Shown here: piece by piece, positions 9,804 through 18,690 of the stretch | Layout: every line of letters begins with the position of its first letter | Numbering within the stretch: the stretch's first letter is position 1 | From: Candidatus Omnitrophota bacterium | Lineage (GTDB): Bacteria > Omnitrophota > Omnitrophia > Omnitrophales > Aquincolibacteriaceae | Assembly (NCBI GenBank): GCA_903884815.1 | Contig: CAISGE010000062.1 | Location: 17-64,016 of the forward strand | DNA: 64,000 bases | Direction of reading: 5' to 3' | Program-made: the position numbers and the translations under genes | Notes under the pieces: model-generated | The model's database searches: none | What the model was told of the DNA's origin: nothing | What the model saw: only the letters and a program-made list of their open reading frames with translations

Positions 9804-10186
9804 GTGCGTCGTCGGAAGTCCTTTCTCCGTTCCGTAAGGAGTTCCGCGGAATTCTGGGACAAGAGGGATGGGAGAAAAAGACGACCGAAGAGATCCTTCT
9901 GTGTGTTGATGAAGCCCTGACCAATATCATCCGGCACGCCTACCAGGGAAATCCCGGGAAGATGACGGTCTTGGTGCAGGTGAATCATGACAAGGTTGAG
10001 ATCGTGATGGAGGATCAGGGGAAGAAGTTCGATCCGACGCAAGTGCCTTCGCCGGAACTTCCGCGTGAAAAGCCGGGCGGTCTCGGAGTTCATTTTATCA
10101 GGACAATCATGGATCAGATGATCTATGATGCTCATTACCTTCAGGGAAACCGGCTTCGTTTGATCAAACATAGGCGTAAAATTTGA
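9782..10186 (+). CDS. Anti-sigma regulatory factor, RsbW/SpoIIAB-like serine kinase (HATPase_c)
   Basis: GTG start. The N-box EALTNIIRHAY, the segment DQGKKFDP and the G-box PGGLGVHFIRTIMD are typical of partner-switching kinases. Confidence 0.7.
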   Translation: MEKRFELSASSEVLSPFRKEFRGILGQEGWEKKTTEEILLCVDEALTNIIRHAYQGNPGKMTVLVQVNHDKVEIVMEDQGKKFDPTQVPSPELPREKPGGLGVHFIRTIMDQMIYDAHYLQGNRLRLIKHRRKI

Positions 10187-10202
10187 AAAGGAAGGTGGCG
10201 GC

Positions 10203-10547
10203 ATGAATATCCAGTCGAAGAATCAGGGGGATATACAAATGTTGGAACTTTCCGGCGAACTCGATTATCATTCTTCGCCGGAGCTTCGCGAAAAGTTGAC
10301 CGAGTTGACCGGGAAACAGACGGCAAAGATCCTCGTGGATCTTTCCGGCGTGGATTATATGGACAGCTCCGGCATTGCCACCTTTGTGGAAGCTTTCCAG
10401 AAGACCAAACGTTATCAGGGACGGCTCATTCTTGCGGCGCTTACGGATACGGTGCGGGGGGTTTTTGAGATTGCCAAGCTTGACAGTATTTTTGAGATAG
10501 CCCCTACCGTTGTCGAAGGGGTGGCGAGCTTGGGTTCCAAAGTTTAA
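10203..10547 (+). CDS. STAS-domain protein (anti-sigma-factor antagonist RsbV/SpoIIAA-like; also positioned like MlaB)
   Basis: STAS fold with a conserved phosphorylatable serine (YMDSSGIATFV); good RBS; lies directly upstream of mlaE/mlaF/mlaD. Confidence 0.75.
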   Translation: MNIQSKNQGDIQMLELSGELDYHSSPELREKLTELTGKQTAKILVDLSGVDYMDSSGIATFVEAFQKTKRYQGRLILAALTDTVRGVFEIAKLDSIFEIAPTVVEGVASLGSKV

Positions 10548-10572
10548 ACCGTTAGACGAGGATCCTTTTTCC

Positions 10573-11373
10573 ATGAACGAATTTTTAGGAAGTATCGGTC
10601 AGAGCGTGCTTTTTGTTTTAGCCGGAGTCGCGCGCTTGTGGGCACTGGGAGCCGCGGTCGTCGGCTTCACCCTCCAGTCCTTTTTAAATAAGAAGATTAT
10701 TCCGCGCGAAGTCTTTTTCCGTCAGCTGGTCCTGATTGGCATCGATTCTACGGCGATAGTCTCCCTCGTGGGCGCTTCGGTTGGGACGGTTCTGGCGTTG
10801 CAAGCGGCCTATTCTCTGAAGACCTTTGGGGCGCTCATGTACACAGGAAGCCTTGTGTGCGTGGCCATGGCCCGCGAACTGGGTCCCTTGATCGCCGCGA
10901 TCGTGATCTCTGGCCGCATCGGCGCGCGCATGGCGGCCGAGATCGGTACCATGATGGTCCAGGAAGAAGTGGATGCTCTTACCACCATGGGGATTAATCC
11001 CATCCGGTTTCTCGTCGCGCCGCGTGTTCTCGCGCTGGCCTGCATGCTCCCGTGTCTGACGGTCATCGTGGATATTGTGGGGATGATCGGGGGTTGGGCG
11101 ATCGGCGTGACAGGTCTCGGCATCAATTCTACTCTTTATATCGCGAAGAGTATCGAGGCGCTTTGTCTCAAAGATATCTATACCGGTCTTCTGAAGAGTA
11201 TTATTTTCAGCATTCTTATCGCGCTGGTGAGTTGCCATCAGGGGCTTTCGGTTTCGGGTGGCGCGGACGCGGTGGGGAAAGCCACCACGCAGGCGGTCGT
11301 GATCTCGATCGTGTTGATCATTGTGGTGGACTGTTTGGCGACGGCGGTTATTTATTACGCCTTGCCCACGTAA
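10573..11373 (+). CDS. mlaE: Mla/Ttg2-type ABC transporter permease
   Basis: Multi-TM protein with MlaE family motifs (ARELGPLIAAIVISGRIGARMAAEIGTMMVQEEVDAL); start at the ATG at 10573. Confidence 0.85.
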   Translation: MNEFLGSIGQSVLFVLAGVARLWALGAAVVGFTLQSFLNKKIIPREVFFRQLVLIGIDSTAIVSLVGASVGTVLALQAAYSLKTFGALMYTGSLVCVAMARELGPLIAAIVISGRIGARMAAEIGTMMVQEEVDALTTMGINPIRFLVAPRVLALACMLPCLTVIVDIVGMIGGWAIGVTGLGINSTLYIAKSIEALCLKDIYTGLLKSIIFSILIALVSCHQGLSVSGGADAVGKATTQAVVISIVLIIVVDCLATAVIYYALPT

Positions 11374-11380
11374 GGAATTT

Positions 11381-12187
11381 ATGAGCGAATCAGAACCGCA
11401 CGTTATTGAAATCAGGGATCTCGTTAAACGTTTCGGGGATTTGACCGTTCTGAACGGTATCAATGTCAAGATCCCGCGCGGCAAGATCACGGTCATTATG
11501 GGCGGTTCGGGGTGCGGCAAGACGACTTTTTTAAGGCATCTGATCGCTTTGCACCAGCCCACTTCCGGGGAGATCCTGGTGGATGGCAAGAACACCGTCG
11601 GACTCAATGAAAAGGATATGAACGAAGTGCGGCGCAAGTTTGGCATGCTCTTCCAGGGGTCGGCACTTTTTAATTCTATGACTGTCGGGGAAAATGTCGC
11701 GGTGCCCCTTAAGGAACACACTGATCTTTCCCGGGAGATCATTCGCATAATCGTTCGCGTAAAACTTGAGCTCGTGGGGCTTACGGGATTTGAGGATTTT
11801 ATGCCCCACCAGATCTCGGGCGGTATGAAAAAACGCGTGGCACTTGCCCGGGCGATCGCGCTCGACCCGAAGATCGTTTTCTATGATGAGCCGGGCGCGG
11901 GTTTGGACCCGATCACCGCGAGCATGATCGACCGGTTGATTCTGGACCTTAGCAAAAAACTTAATATCACTTCGGTTGTCGTTTCCCATGAAATGAAAAG
12001 CGCGTTTAGGATCGCGGACCAGATCATTGTTCTTCATAAAGGGAAAGTGCTGCAGGTCGGCTCGGCTGATGAGATCAAGAATTCAAAAGATTCGTATGTG
12101 CAGCAGTTTATTCAGGGAGAATCTGAAGGCGTTATTCCGTTCAAGCAAACCAGCGAAGCCTATTTGAAAGGGCTTCTCTCTACTTAA
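11381..12187 (+). CDS. mlaF: Mla/Ttg2-type ABC transporter ATP-binding protein
   Basis: Walker A (GGSGCGKTT), ABC signature (ISGGMKKRVALARA) and Walker B (VFYDEPGAGLD). Confidence 0.88.
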   Translation: MSESEPHVIEIRDLVKRFGDLTVLNGINVKIPRGKITVIMGGSGCGKTTFLRHLIALHQPTSGEILVDGKNTVGLNEKDMNEVRRKFGMLFQGSALFNSMTVGENVAVPLKEHTDLSREIIRIIVRVKLELVGLTGFEDFMPHQISGGMKKRVALARAIALDPKIVFYDEPGAGLDPITASMIDRLILDLSKKLNITSVVVSHEMKSAFRIADQIIVLHKGKVLQVGSADEIKNSKDSYVQQFIQGESEGVIPFKQTSEAYLKGLLST

Positions 12188-12208
12188 GCGTTTTCCGAGG
12201 AGGAAAAG

Positions 12209-12844
12209 ATGGATTCATCAAAGTCTTATTCGTCATCCGAGATCAAATCCGGATTTTTTGTGTTGGTCGCGCTTGTGATGCTTTTGGTGCTCACCTTCGT
12301 GGTCGGAGGCTATTTTAAGAAAGGGGCCAACGAATGGAAGGTCCAGTTCGGCTACCTGAGCGGTTTGAGCGACAGTGCTCCCGTTTATTATGCGGGGCGT
12401 GAAGTGGGCAAGGTGGACAGTATTCAGATCCTTCGTGGAAGTAATCGGCCTGTGCTCGTGACGATCAAGGTTTCCAACGATGCCTACGTCCGCCAGGACA
12501 GTGTGGCGTATATCGATACGCTCGGGATGATGGGGGAGAAGTTCATCGAGATCTCTGTCGGTTCAAAGGATGCGCCGCCCCTGGAAGCCGGTAAAGTGAT
12601 CGAGGGCGTGGACCCGATCCCGATGCATGTTCTGATCCGAAAAATGAACCTTTTGGCAGACGAAGTCGAAACGATGACAGTGAGCCTCAACCCGCTCTTG
12701 AAGAACGTCAATGACGTGGTAGCTGGGAATAAGGAAGAGATCTCCAAGAGTCTCACGAATCTTCATGAAGTTTCCGCGAACCTACGGGATATGACCGCCG
12801 ATCTCAAGCTCCATCCGTGGCGCCTGGTTCGCAAAGGTTCTTAA
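12209..12844 (+). CDS. mlaD: MCE-domain substrate-binding protein
   Basis: N-terminal TM anchor followed by an MCE domain; operon position after mlaE and mlaF. Confidence 0.75.
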   Translation: MDSSKSYSSSEIKSGFFVLVALVMLLVLTFVVGGYFKKGANEWKVQFGYLSGLSDSAPVYYAGREVGKVDSIQILRGSNRPVLVTIKVSNDAYVRQDSVAYIDTLGMMGEKFIEISVGSKDAPPLEAGKVIEGVDPIPMHVLIRKMNLLADEVETMTVSLNPLLKNVNDVVAGNKEEISKSLTNLHEVSANLRDMTADLKLHPWRLVRKGS

Positions 12845-12853
12845 GGGAGTTCT

Positions 12854-13192
12854 ATGCGCTTAAAGACGGCGATTTTGCTCATTCTTTGTTCTCTTGTCGG
12901 GGCTCCTTTCGTTGTTGCGGAAGGAACGGTCGGGGATTATATGTATGGGATCGGGACAAAATTCGGGCGCGGCCTTGAAAATGTGGTGACCAGCCTCGCG
13001 GAAGTCCCTTGTACGGTTCACACCGAGATGAAAGATCAAGGGGGCTCCGGATTTTTTCCGGGACTCGGCAAAGGAACTCTTTTTATGTTGCGTCGGATGC
13101 TCGTCGGCGTGACCGAAGTCGGTACTTTTTTCATCCCCATGGAGCGGACGATTCCCCGAGTCTGCCAGGAAACCAAGCCTTCGGTGGTCTGA
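12854..13192 (+). CDS. Small secreted hypothetical protein (signal peptide)
   Basis: Signal-peptide-like N-terminus (MRLKTAILLILCSLVGAPFVVA) and an RBS; no recognised domain. Confidence 0.4.
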   Translation: MRLKTAILLILCSLVGAPFVVAEGTVGDYMYGIGTKFGRGLENVVTSLAEVPCTVHTEMKDQGGSGFFPGLGKGTLFMLRRMLVGVTEVGTFFIPMERTIPRVCQETKPSVV

Positions 13193-13304
13193 CGCGATCG
13201 GTCGCGTGCCTCAGGAAATTTTTGCGGGAATTTTATGGATTGCCGCTTGACGCTGGCGCGCAGGTCTTCCTATAATAGCCCGTCACTTAACTGAAGGAGA
13301 AATA

Positions 13305-13646
13305 ATGACTCTAAATGAGAAAGCTGTCGCACCCAAGGACCCCGAGGTCCAGGACGCGCAGTTCTTTGCGGCGATCGGCTATTTGAGTTTTCTTTGTTTT
13401 GTACCGCTTGCGCTCAAGCGTGAGAACAAGTTTGCACTTTTTCACGGGAAACAGGCCTTGGTTCTTTTTATTATGGAACTGGCCGCGGCGATCCTGAAGG
13501 TGGTGCCGGCCTTAGGGGATCTCGTGTTCACTTTGGCGTTCGTGGTGTTTGGGATCCTTTCTCTTATCGGGATCGTGAAGGTGCTGATGGGAGAACGCTG
13601 GGAGATCCCGGTGGTGAGTGAGATCGCCGAGAGGATCACCTTCTAA
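13305..13646 (+). CDS. Small integral membrane protein (DUF4870-like)
   Basis: Strong AGGAG RBS and two to three TM helices; resembles the short conserved membrane-protein family DUF4870. Confidence 0.45.
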   Translation: MTLNEKAVAPKDPEVQDAQFFAAIGYLSFLCFVPLALKRENKFALFHGKQALVLFIMELAAAILKVVPALGDLVFTLAFVVFGILSLIGIVKVLMGERWEIPVVSEIAERITF

Positions 13647-13791
13647 TACTGTTCTCAATTTGATTTTATGGATTAATTGTGCTGTGCCGCATACCCGTAA
13701 TATCAATTGTCATGTGGTTCTAGAAGTGGTGCTATTTATACCGCAGTACGCCGTGTCCTTTTCTTTCAATCAGAGACCCTGAGGGGTTGGC

Positions 13792-15363
13792 ATGCTTACT
13801 GGTACTAAAAAAGTTCAGCCGGGTGGGCAAGACTGGTTTGTGGTCCTGAACCCCCTCAAGAGCGAATTGGAACGCAATAAGATCGCCCGCGAGATCGCCA
13901 AGGCTTTTGGTCTTCCCGTGGATGAAGCGTTCGATCTTGTAGCCAATACCCCCATTATCCTGATCGACAATCTTCTTTACGCGACAGCGCTTCAGATAAA
14001 ACAGTATTTCCGCAACTCTCAGACGGATATCGCGGTCAGTAACGATAGCCTCCTGAAGAGGCGCTGCTACCGGACCGTGTGGCCCACATCCCCGAGCCTT
14101 GCTTTTCTCCATCATATGGAAGCCTCGACTCCTTCGGCAAAAGCAAATGAGTCGGAAAAGCTCGATCACGCCGAGGCAATTCAAGAGATACGTTCCTGGG
14201 TGCAGACCGAGGGCGTTTCTCCAGAGGGTGCCGAGAGGCATTCTTCCCAGAACGGCAGGAGTCATCACGCTCCGCGTCATTTCCGGAGTATCCTCGAAGA
14301 TGATCAGGAAAGACTGCTCAAGGAGAGCGTGGGAATGAAGGAAAGTATGGGGCAACTCCGCAAGGCTCTGGAGAAAGCCCAGGAGGAAGTTGCGGAAAAG
14401 GAGAAGGCCGTGCGGGCCAGTGAGATCGCGAAAACGCAGAAAGAAAAGGAAGTTCAGGAGCTTCACAATCTGGTGGCTCATGCGGAAGAAAAATACGAAC
14501 TTCTTCGGGAAGAATTCCGGGAGACCCGCCAGTACTTCGAGGAGAAGCTTGGTTCCCAGGATCAGAAATCGGAGGAGTTCCTGAAGCAGATCGAAGAACG
14601 TGATCTCGCCCAAAAGGAGATCTTGCAGGAGAAGCAGGCCCTTCTGAAAAGTTTTCACGCTGTGAAAAGCGATCTTCAACGTGCGAAGGATGAGCAAGAG
14701 CAGTCGCGTCGCGAATGGGAGAGCCAGGCGTCCCAGTTTCGAAGAGAACTTGAAAATCATAAGACCGTTGTGGAGAGCCTTCACGCCAAGATCCAGAATC
14801 TGGAGGAAGGCAAGAAGATCGTGCAATCGAGTGAAACTCGTTTGCTCCAGGAATTAGAGCTTCAGACCCAGCAGGCCAAGCAGTGGGAGCAGAAATCCTC
14901 CGAGTTTGAAAAGGAGATCCGGCGGCTCCGCGGCTCATTTGAGGATCAGCAGAAGACCTGGCAAGTGCGTCTCGCGCAGCTTGAGGCCCGGGAGATGGAT
15001 CTTGAGAATGCGCGAAAGCAGATCCGTGAGCTTTATACAGAATTGGACCAGCGTGAGGCTGTGCAGAAAAAGGCACAGCTGCAGGAGCAACTGGCTTCCT
15101 GGGAGTTGCGGCTCAAGCAGGTGGTGAAGCATCAGGAAAGGATCGAGTCCGAGATCCGTGAGCGCGAAGAGGAAATGCGCAAGCTTCTTGAGGAGCAGGA
15201 GAAGATCGAGAGGGAAGTGATCGAAGGCAAACAGGCCCAGCGACACCTTGCTGAAAAAATCAAACATGAAGGTCCTCACGGAGAGCCGCAAAAGCCCGAA
15301 AAAAACGCCGATTCTTCCGCCCTTCATCCTTCTCAGTCGCGGCCCGAGGTTGTGGATGATTGA
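13792..15363 (+). CDS. Long coiled-coil protein with a ~110-aa globular N-terminal domain (possibly ribosomal L7/L12-CTD-like fold)
   Basis: About 400 aa of heptad-rich E/K/Q/R sequence follow an N-terminal domain (FVVLNPLKSELERNKIAREIAKAFGLPVDEAFDLV). The antisense 364-aa ORF is leucine-rich, as expected opposite a coiled coil. Confidence 0.5.
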   Translation: MLTGTKKVQPGGQDWFVVLNPLKSELERNKIAREIAKAFGLPVDEAFDLVANTPIILIDNLLYATALQIKQYFRNSQTDIAVSNDSLLKRRCYRTVWPTSPSLAFLHHMEASTPSAKANESEKLDHAEAIQEIRSWVQTEGVSPEGAERHSSQNGRSHHAPRHFRSILEDDQERLLKESVGMKESMGQLRKALEKAQEEVAEKEKAVRASEIAKTQKEKEVQELHNLVAHAEEKYELLREEFRETRQYFEEKLGSQDQKSEEFLKQIEERDLAQKEILQEKQALLKSFHAVKSDLQRAKDEQEQSRREWESQASQFRRELENHKTVVESLHAKIQNLEEGKKIVQSSETRLLQELELQTQQAKQWEQKSSEFEKEIRRLRGSFEDQQKTWQVRLAQLEAREMDLENARKQIRELYTELDQREAVQKKAQLQEQLASWELRLKQVVKHQERIESEIREREEEMRKLLEEQEKIEREVIEGKQAQRHLAEKIKHEGPHGEPQKPEKNADSSALHPSQSRPEVVDD

Positions 15364-15760
15364 ATTGGTTTTAAGTAAGATCAAGGTGGATGAAAATCGC
15401 CACGAGCAGCTGGTCGTCTTTCGGGAAAAGGAAGGCAACCGGTTTCTCCCCGTGGTGATAGGCCTCCCTGAGATCCATGCCATCAAATTGAAGCTGGGCA
15501 ATGTCAAGCCCCCTCGGCCGATGACCCATGACCTCATGCTGAAGATCGTCCAGGAACTGGGGGGGAAGCTCCAGCGGGTGGTGATCGACAAGCTTGAGAA
15601 TAATACCTTCCATGCCAAGATCCATATCCAGAAAGAGGACGGCCAAGAGGTGATTGTGGATTCTCGTCCTTCGGACAGCGTGGCGATCGCTTTGCGCGCG
15701 CAAGTGCCGGTTTTTGCCGAAGAATCGATCCTAAATGCGGCGAGCGTTTACGAGGTCTAG
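15356..15760 (+). CDS. Bifunctional nuclease (BFN/DUF151) domain protein
   Basis: BFN family motifs (LPVVIGLPEIHAI...PRPMTHDLM...IDSRPSDSVAIALRAQVPVF); start overlaps the upstream stop (ATGATTGA). Confidence 0.65.
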   Translation: MIELVLSKIKVDENRHEQLVVFREKEGNRFLPVVIGLPEIHAIKLKLGNVKPPRPMTHDLMLKIVQELGGKLQRVVIDKLENNTFHAKIHIQKEDGQEVIVDSRPSDSVAIALRAQVPVFAEESILNAASVYEV

Positions 15761-15764
15761 GCGC

Positions 15765-16691
15765 ATGGAAAAAAAGATCCATGACATTATGATTATCGGC
15801 GGGGGCGGGGCAGGCCTCACCGCGGCCTTGTACAGTTCGAGAGCCAATCTTTCCACGATCCTTTTCGAAAAACTTGTGCCTGGTGGGCAGATCGCGTCGA
15901 CGGATCTTGTGGAGAATTATCCCGGTTTTGTCGAGGGGGTTCTGGGGCCTGAGATTGCGCAGAAAATGGAAGATCAGGCGGTTCGCTACGGAACGCAGGT
16001 GATATGCGAGGAAGTCAAAAAATTGCGGCTCAAAGGCGATAACTTTGAGGCGGTGACGGATGCTTCGGTCTACGCGGCGCGAGCCGTTATTCTCGCCATG
16101 GGAGCCTCCTACAGGACGCTCGGCGTTGCGAATGAAAAAGAATTTACCGGAAAAGGCGTCTCTTACTGCGCAACCTGTGACGGGGCTTTTTTTAAAGGTA
16201 AGAAAGTCATCGTCGTCGGTGGTGGGGATTCCGCCTTGCAGGAAGGTCTTTTTTTGACCCGGTTTGCGGAGACAGTGACCGTCGTTCACCGGCGTGATGC
16301 ATTGCGGGCCAGCCCGATCTTGCAAGAGAGAGCGCGGAATAATCCAAAGATGAGCTTTATTTGGGACACGGTTGTTGATAAAATTGAGGGTAACGGGAAG
16401 GTCGAAGCTGTTCTTCTGAAAAATGTGAAGACCAAAGAGGTGAGGCTTGAGGACACCGAAGGTGTTTTTATCTTTGTTGGACATGACCCCAATAGCCAGT
16501 TGGCCAAAGATTTTGTCACGCTTGATGAAAAGGGGTATGTGGTAACCAACGCGGCTTTTGCGGCTTCTTTGCGCGGTGTTTTTGTGGCCGGCGAAGTGCG
16601 GCAAGGGGCGGTGCGGCAGTTGGTGGCGGCCTGCGGGGAAGGCTGCGGGGCGGCTTTGGCGGCTCAGGCTTATTTAGATGATCATCGATAA
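15765..16691 (+). CDS. trxB: Thioredoxin-disulfide reductase
   Basis: FAD motif GGGGAG, redox-active CATCDG and NADPH motif GGGDSA. Confidence 0.88.
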   Translation: MEKKIHDIMIIGGGGAGLTAALYSSRANLSTILFEKLVPGGQIASTDLVENYPGFVEGVLGPEIAQKMEDQAVRYGTQVICEEVKKLRLKGDNFEAVTDASVYAARAVILAMGASYRTLGVANEKEFTGKGVSYCATCDGAFFKGKKVIVVGGGDSALQEGLFLTRFAETVTVVHRRDALRASPILQERARNNPKMSFIWDTVVDKIEGNGKVEAVLLKNVKTKEVRLEDTEGVFIFVGHDPNSQLAKDFVTLDEKGYVVTNAAFAASLRGVFVAGEVRQGAVRQLVAACGEGCGAALAAQAYLDDHR

Positions 16692-16729
16692 CTGAAATTT
16701 TTCATAGAACTTATTTCGGGAGGACCATC

Positions 16730-17047
16730 ATGAGTTTTGAGGGCGAATTTGAGCAGAACATGAAGCAATTGATGAAATTGCTCAAGAAGATCATGACCCA
16801 GTATCCTGCCGAGGGGGGGAAGAGCCCTTCCGAGGCGATGAAGTTCCTTAAGGATATGAAGGATAAGAGCCCGGATGTTAATATTTTCTTTTTGAATATG
16901 TCCCCGCTCTCCCCGGAAGAGTTCTGTGAGATGGAGGAAATGTTCGAGTCCGGGGCGATGAGCGAACATTTTCGGATGGGCGAGTTGAAATGCGAGTTGA
17001 ATGACGAAGACCAGGATTTTTTAAAGCAGCACGGTATCCGCTTCTAA
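16730..17047 (+). CDS. Small acidic hypothetical protein
   Basis: Good RBS (GGGAGG); no recognisable domain. Confidence 0.4.
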   Translation: MSFEGEFEQNMKQLMKLLKKIMTQYPAEGGKSPSEAMKFLKDMKDKSPDVNIFFLNMSPLSPEEFCEMEEMFESGAMSEHFRMGELKCELNDEDQDFLKQHGIRF

Positions 17048-17057
17048 GGATCTCCCT

Positions 17058-17885
17058 ATGAATTTCAGAAAGACATTCTCCGGGTTTCTTTTTTTTACGG
17101 TATTTTCCTTTTTCGCAAGCCTTCCAGCCGCCATGGCCTTTGACCATTCGCCGTGGGATGCTTTTTTGAAAAAGCAAGTGGATGAAAAAGGGAATGTGAA
17201 TTATAAGGAGGTGGCGCGCGATCCGAAGGCTCTTCAGGATTATCTGGCGAGCTTGATGGCGGTGAACGAAGTGGAAATGCGGTCATGGCCCCGGGAGGAA
17301 ACACTGGCTTTCTGGCTCAATGCCTATCACGCGACGTTGATCAAATTGGTGGTCGAGAACTATCCTGTGAACTCGGTCCAGCGGATCCCGAGTTTTTGGG
17401 ATATCTCTCTTATACGGTTTGGTAAAGCTTCGAAGGAACAGAAGCAATACAGCCTGAACGATATCCGGACGAAAAATCTGATGGGCGTTTTTCGTGATGA
17501 AAAGATCCAGTTGGCGCTTTCCCTGGGTGCCCGGGGCGGTCCCAGGCTGATGCCGGAGGCTTTCACCGGTCCCAAGGTGGAGGGCCAGCTCTTTCTTCTT
17601 ACCCGAAAGTTTGTGAATGATCCTTATTTTGTGGATGTGACACCGGGCCGGAAGAAGATCATGATCTCGAAGCTTTTCAAGTGGTACGCAAAGGATTTCA
17701 AGCTGGATTTTGGAACTCCGGAAACTTTCGGAAAATTTTCCGCGGGGGACACTGCCGTTCTTTCCTTTCTGTCCTATTATCTCGAAGATGAAGCGAAGGG
17801 GGAATTTCTCCAGCAAGCGGGTTACAAGATAGAATATCCAGCATTTGATTGGGCTCTTAATGATCAAAAGGGGAGCAACGCCTGA
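17058..17885 (+). CDS. Secreted DUF547-domain protein
   Basis: Signal peptide and DUF547 core (LAFWLNAYHATLIKLVV...SLND.IR). Confidence 0.6.
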   Translation: MNFRKTFSGFLFFTVFSFFASLPAAMAFDHSPWDAFLKKQVDEKGNVNYKEVARDPKALQDYLASLMAVNEVEMRSWPREETLAFWLNAYHATLIKLVVENYPVNSVQRIPSFWDISLIRFGKASKEQKQYSLNDIRTKNLMGVFRDEKIQLALSLGARGGPRLMPEAFTGPKVEGQLFLLTRKFVNDPYFVDVTPGRKKIMISKLFKWYAKDFKLDFGTPETFGKFSAGDTAVLSFLSYYLEDEAKGEFLQQAGYKIEYPAFDWALNDQKGSNA

Positions 17886-17966
17886 CGTCGCTTTTTAAAG
17901 GAGCCGGCCTGGTCGGAAGGGTTATAACTCTTTCTTTTTAAAAGACTTGCGGCCCTTTAAAAAGCA

Positions 17967-17995
17967 TTGACAGCCTGGTCGAATTTCCATATCAT
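17967..17995 (+). promoter_or_regulatory. Sigma70-type promoter (TTGACA-17-TATCAT) upstream of rplU
   Basis: Exact -35 hexamer, 17-nt spacer and a near-consensus -10, about 30 nt before rplU. Confidence 0.55.
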
Positions 17996-18027
17996 ACGCA
18001 CTCTCTTAAAGTCAAAGGAGTCATTTC

Positions 18028-18351
18028 ATGGCAAATTATGCAATCGTTGAGACGGGGTCCAAGCAATATTGGGTGGAGCCCAAGCAAGTGATCGAAGTCG
18101 AACTTTTGGATATTCCGGAAGGCCAAAAAGAGGTCGTTCTGGATCAAGTGATGCTCGTTCAAGCCGGCGGACATTTGACGGTCGGCACGCCGGTCATCGC
18201 TGGTGCCAAGATCATCTGTGAAAATCTCGGGGAGTTCCGCGGTCCCAAGCTGATTCATTACCGGTACCGTCGCCGTAAGTCCTCACGGAAAAAACAGGGG
18301 CATCGGCAGGACATGCTTCGCTTACAAGTCAAAGAGATCAAAGTCGGTTAA
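18028..18351 (+). CDS. rplU: 50S ribosomal protein L21
   Basis: Begins [20 protein letters not shown], the canonical L21 N-terminus. Confidence 0.92.
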   Translation: MANYAIVETGSKQYWVEPKQVIEVELLDIPEGQKEVVLDQVMLVQAGGHLTVGTPVIAGAKIICENLGEFRGPKLIHYRYRRRKSSRKKQGHRQDMLRLQVKEIKVG

Positions 18352-18371
18352 TCTCACTTTTAGAGGAAAAC

Positions 18372-18614
18372 ATGGCACATACAAAAAGTCAGGGTAGTAC
18401 AACAAACGGAAGAGACTCTAATTCAAAACGCCTGGGTGTGAAGATCTATGGCGGGCAGAAGATCACGCCGGGATGCATTATTGTCCGGCAGCGCGGGACG
18501 CGTTATCACCCCGGGAATTTTGTCGGGATCGGGAAAGATTACACTCTTTTCGCGAAACGCGCAGGGATCGTGGAATTCCGGGCTAACCGATCTGTTCATA
18601 TTATTCCGAGTTAA
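18372..18614 (+). CDS. rpmA: 50S ribosomal protein L27
   Basis: Begins [24 protein letters not shown], the canonical L27 N-terminus. Confidence 0.92.
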   Translation: MAHTKSQGSTTNGRDSNSKRLGVKIYGGQKITPGCIIVRQRGTRYHPGNFVGIGKDYTLFAKRAGIVEFRANRSVHIIPS

Positions 18615-18690
18615 TTCAGTTTCAACCAAGTTCGAAAAGGCCAAAAAGCGATCCCAAGCTTTTTGGCCTTTTCTCTTTTAAAGGAGCTCT

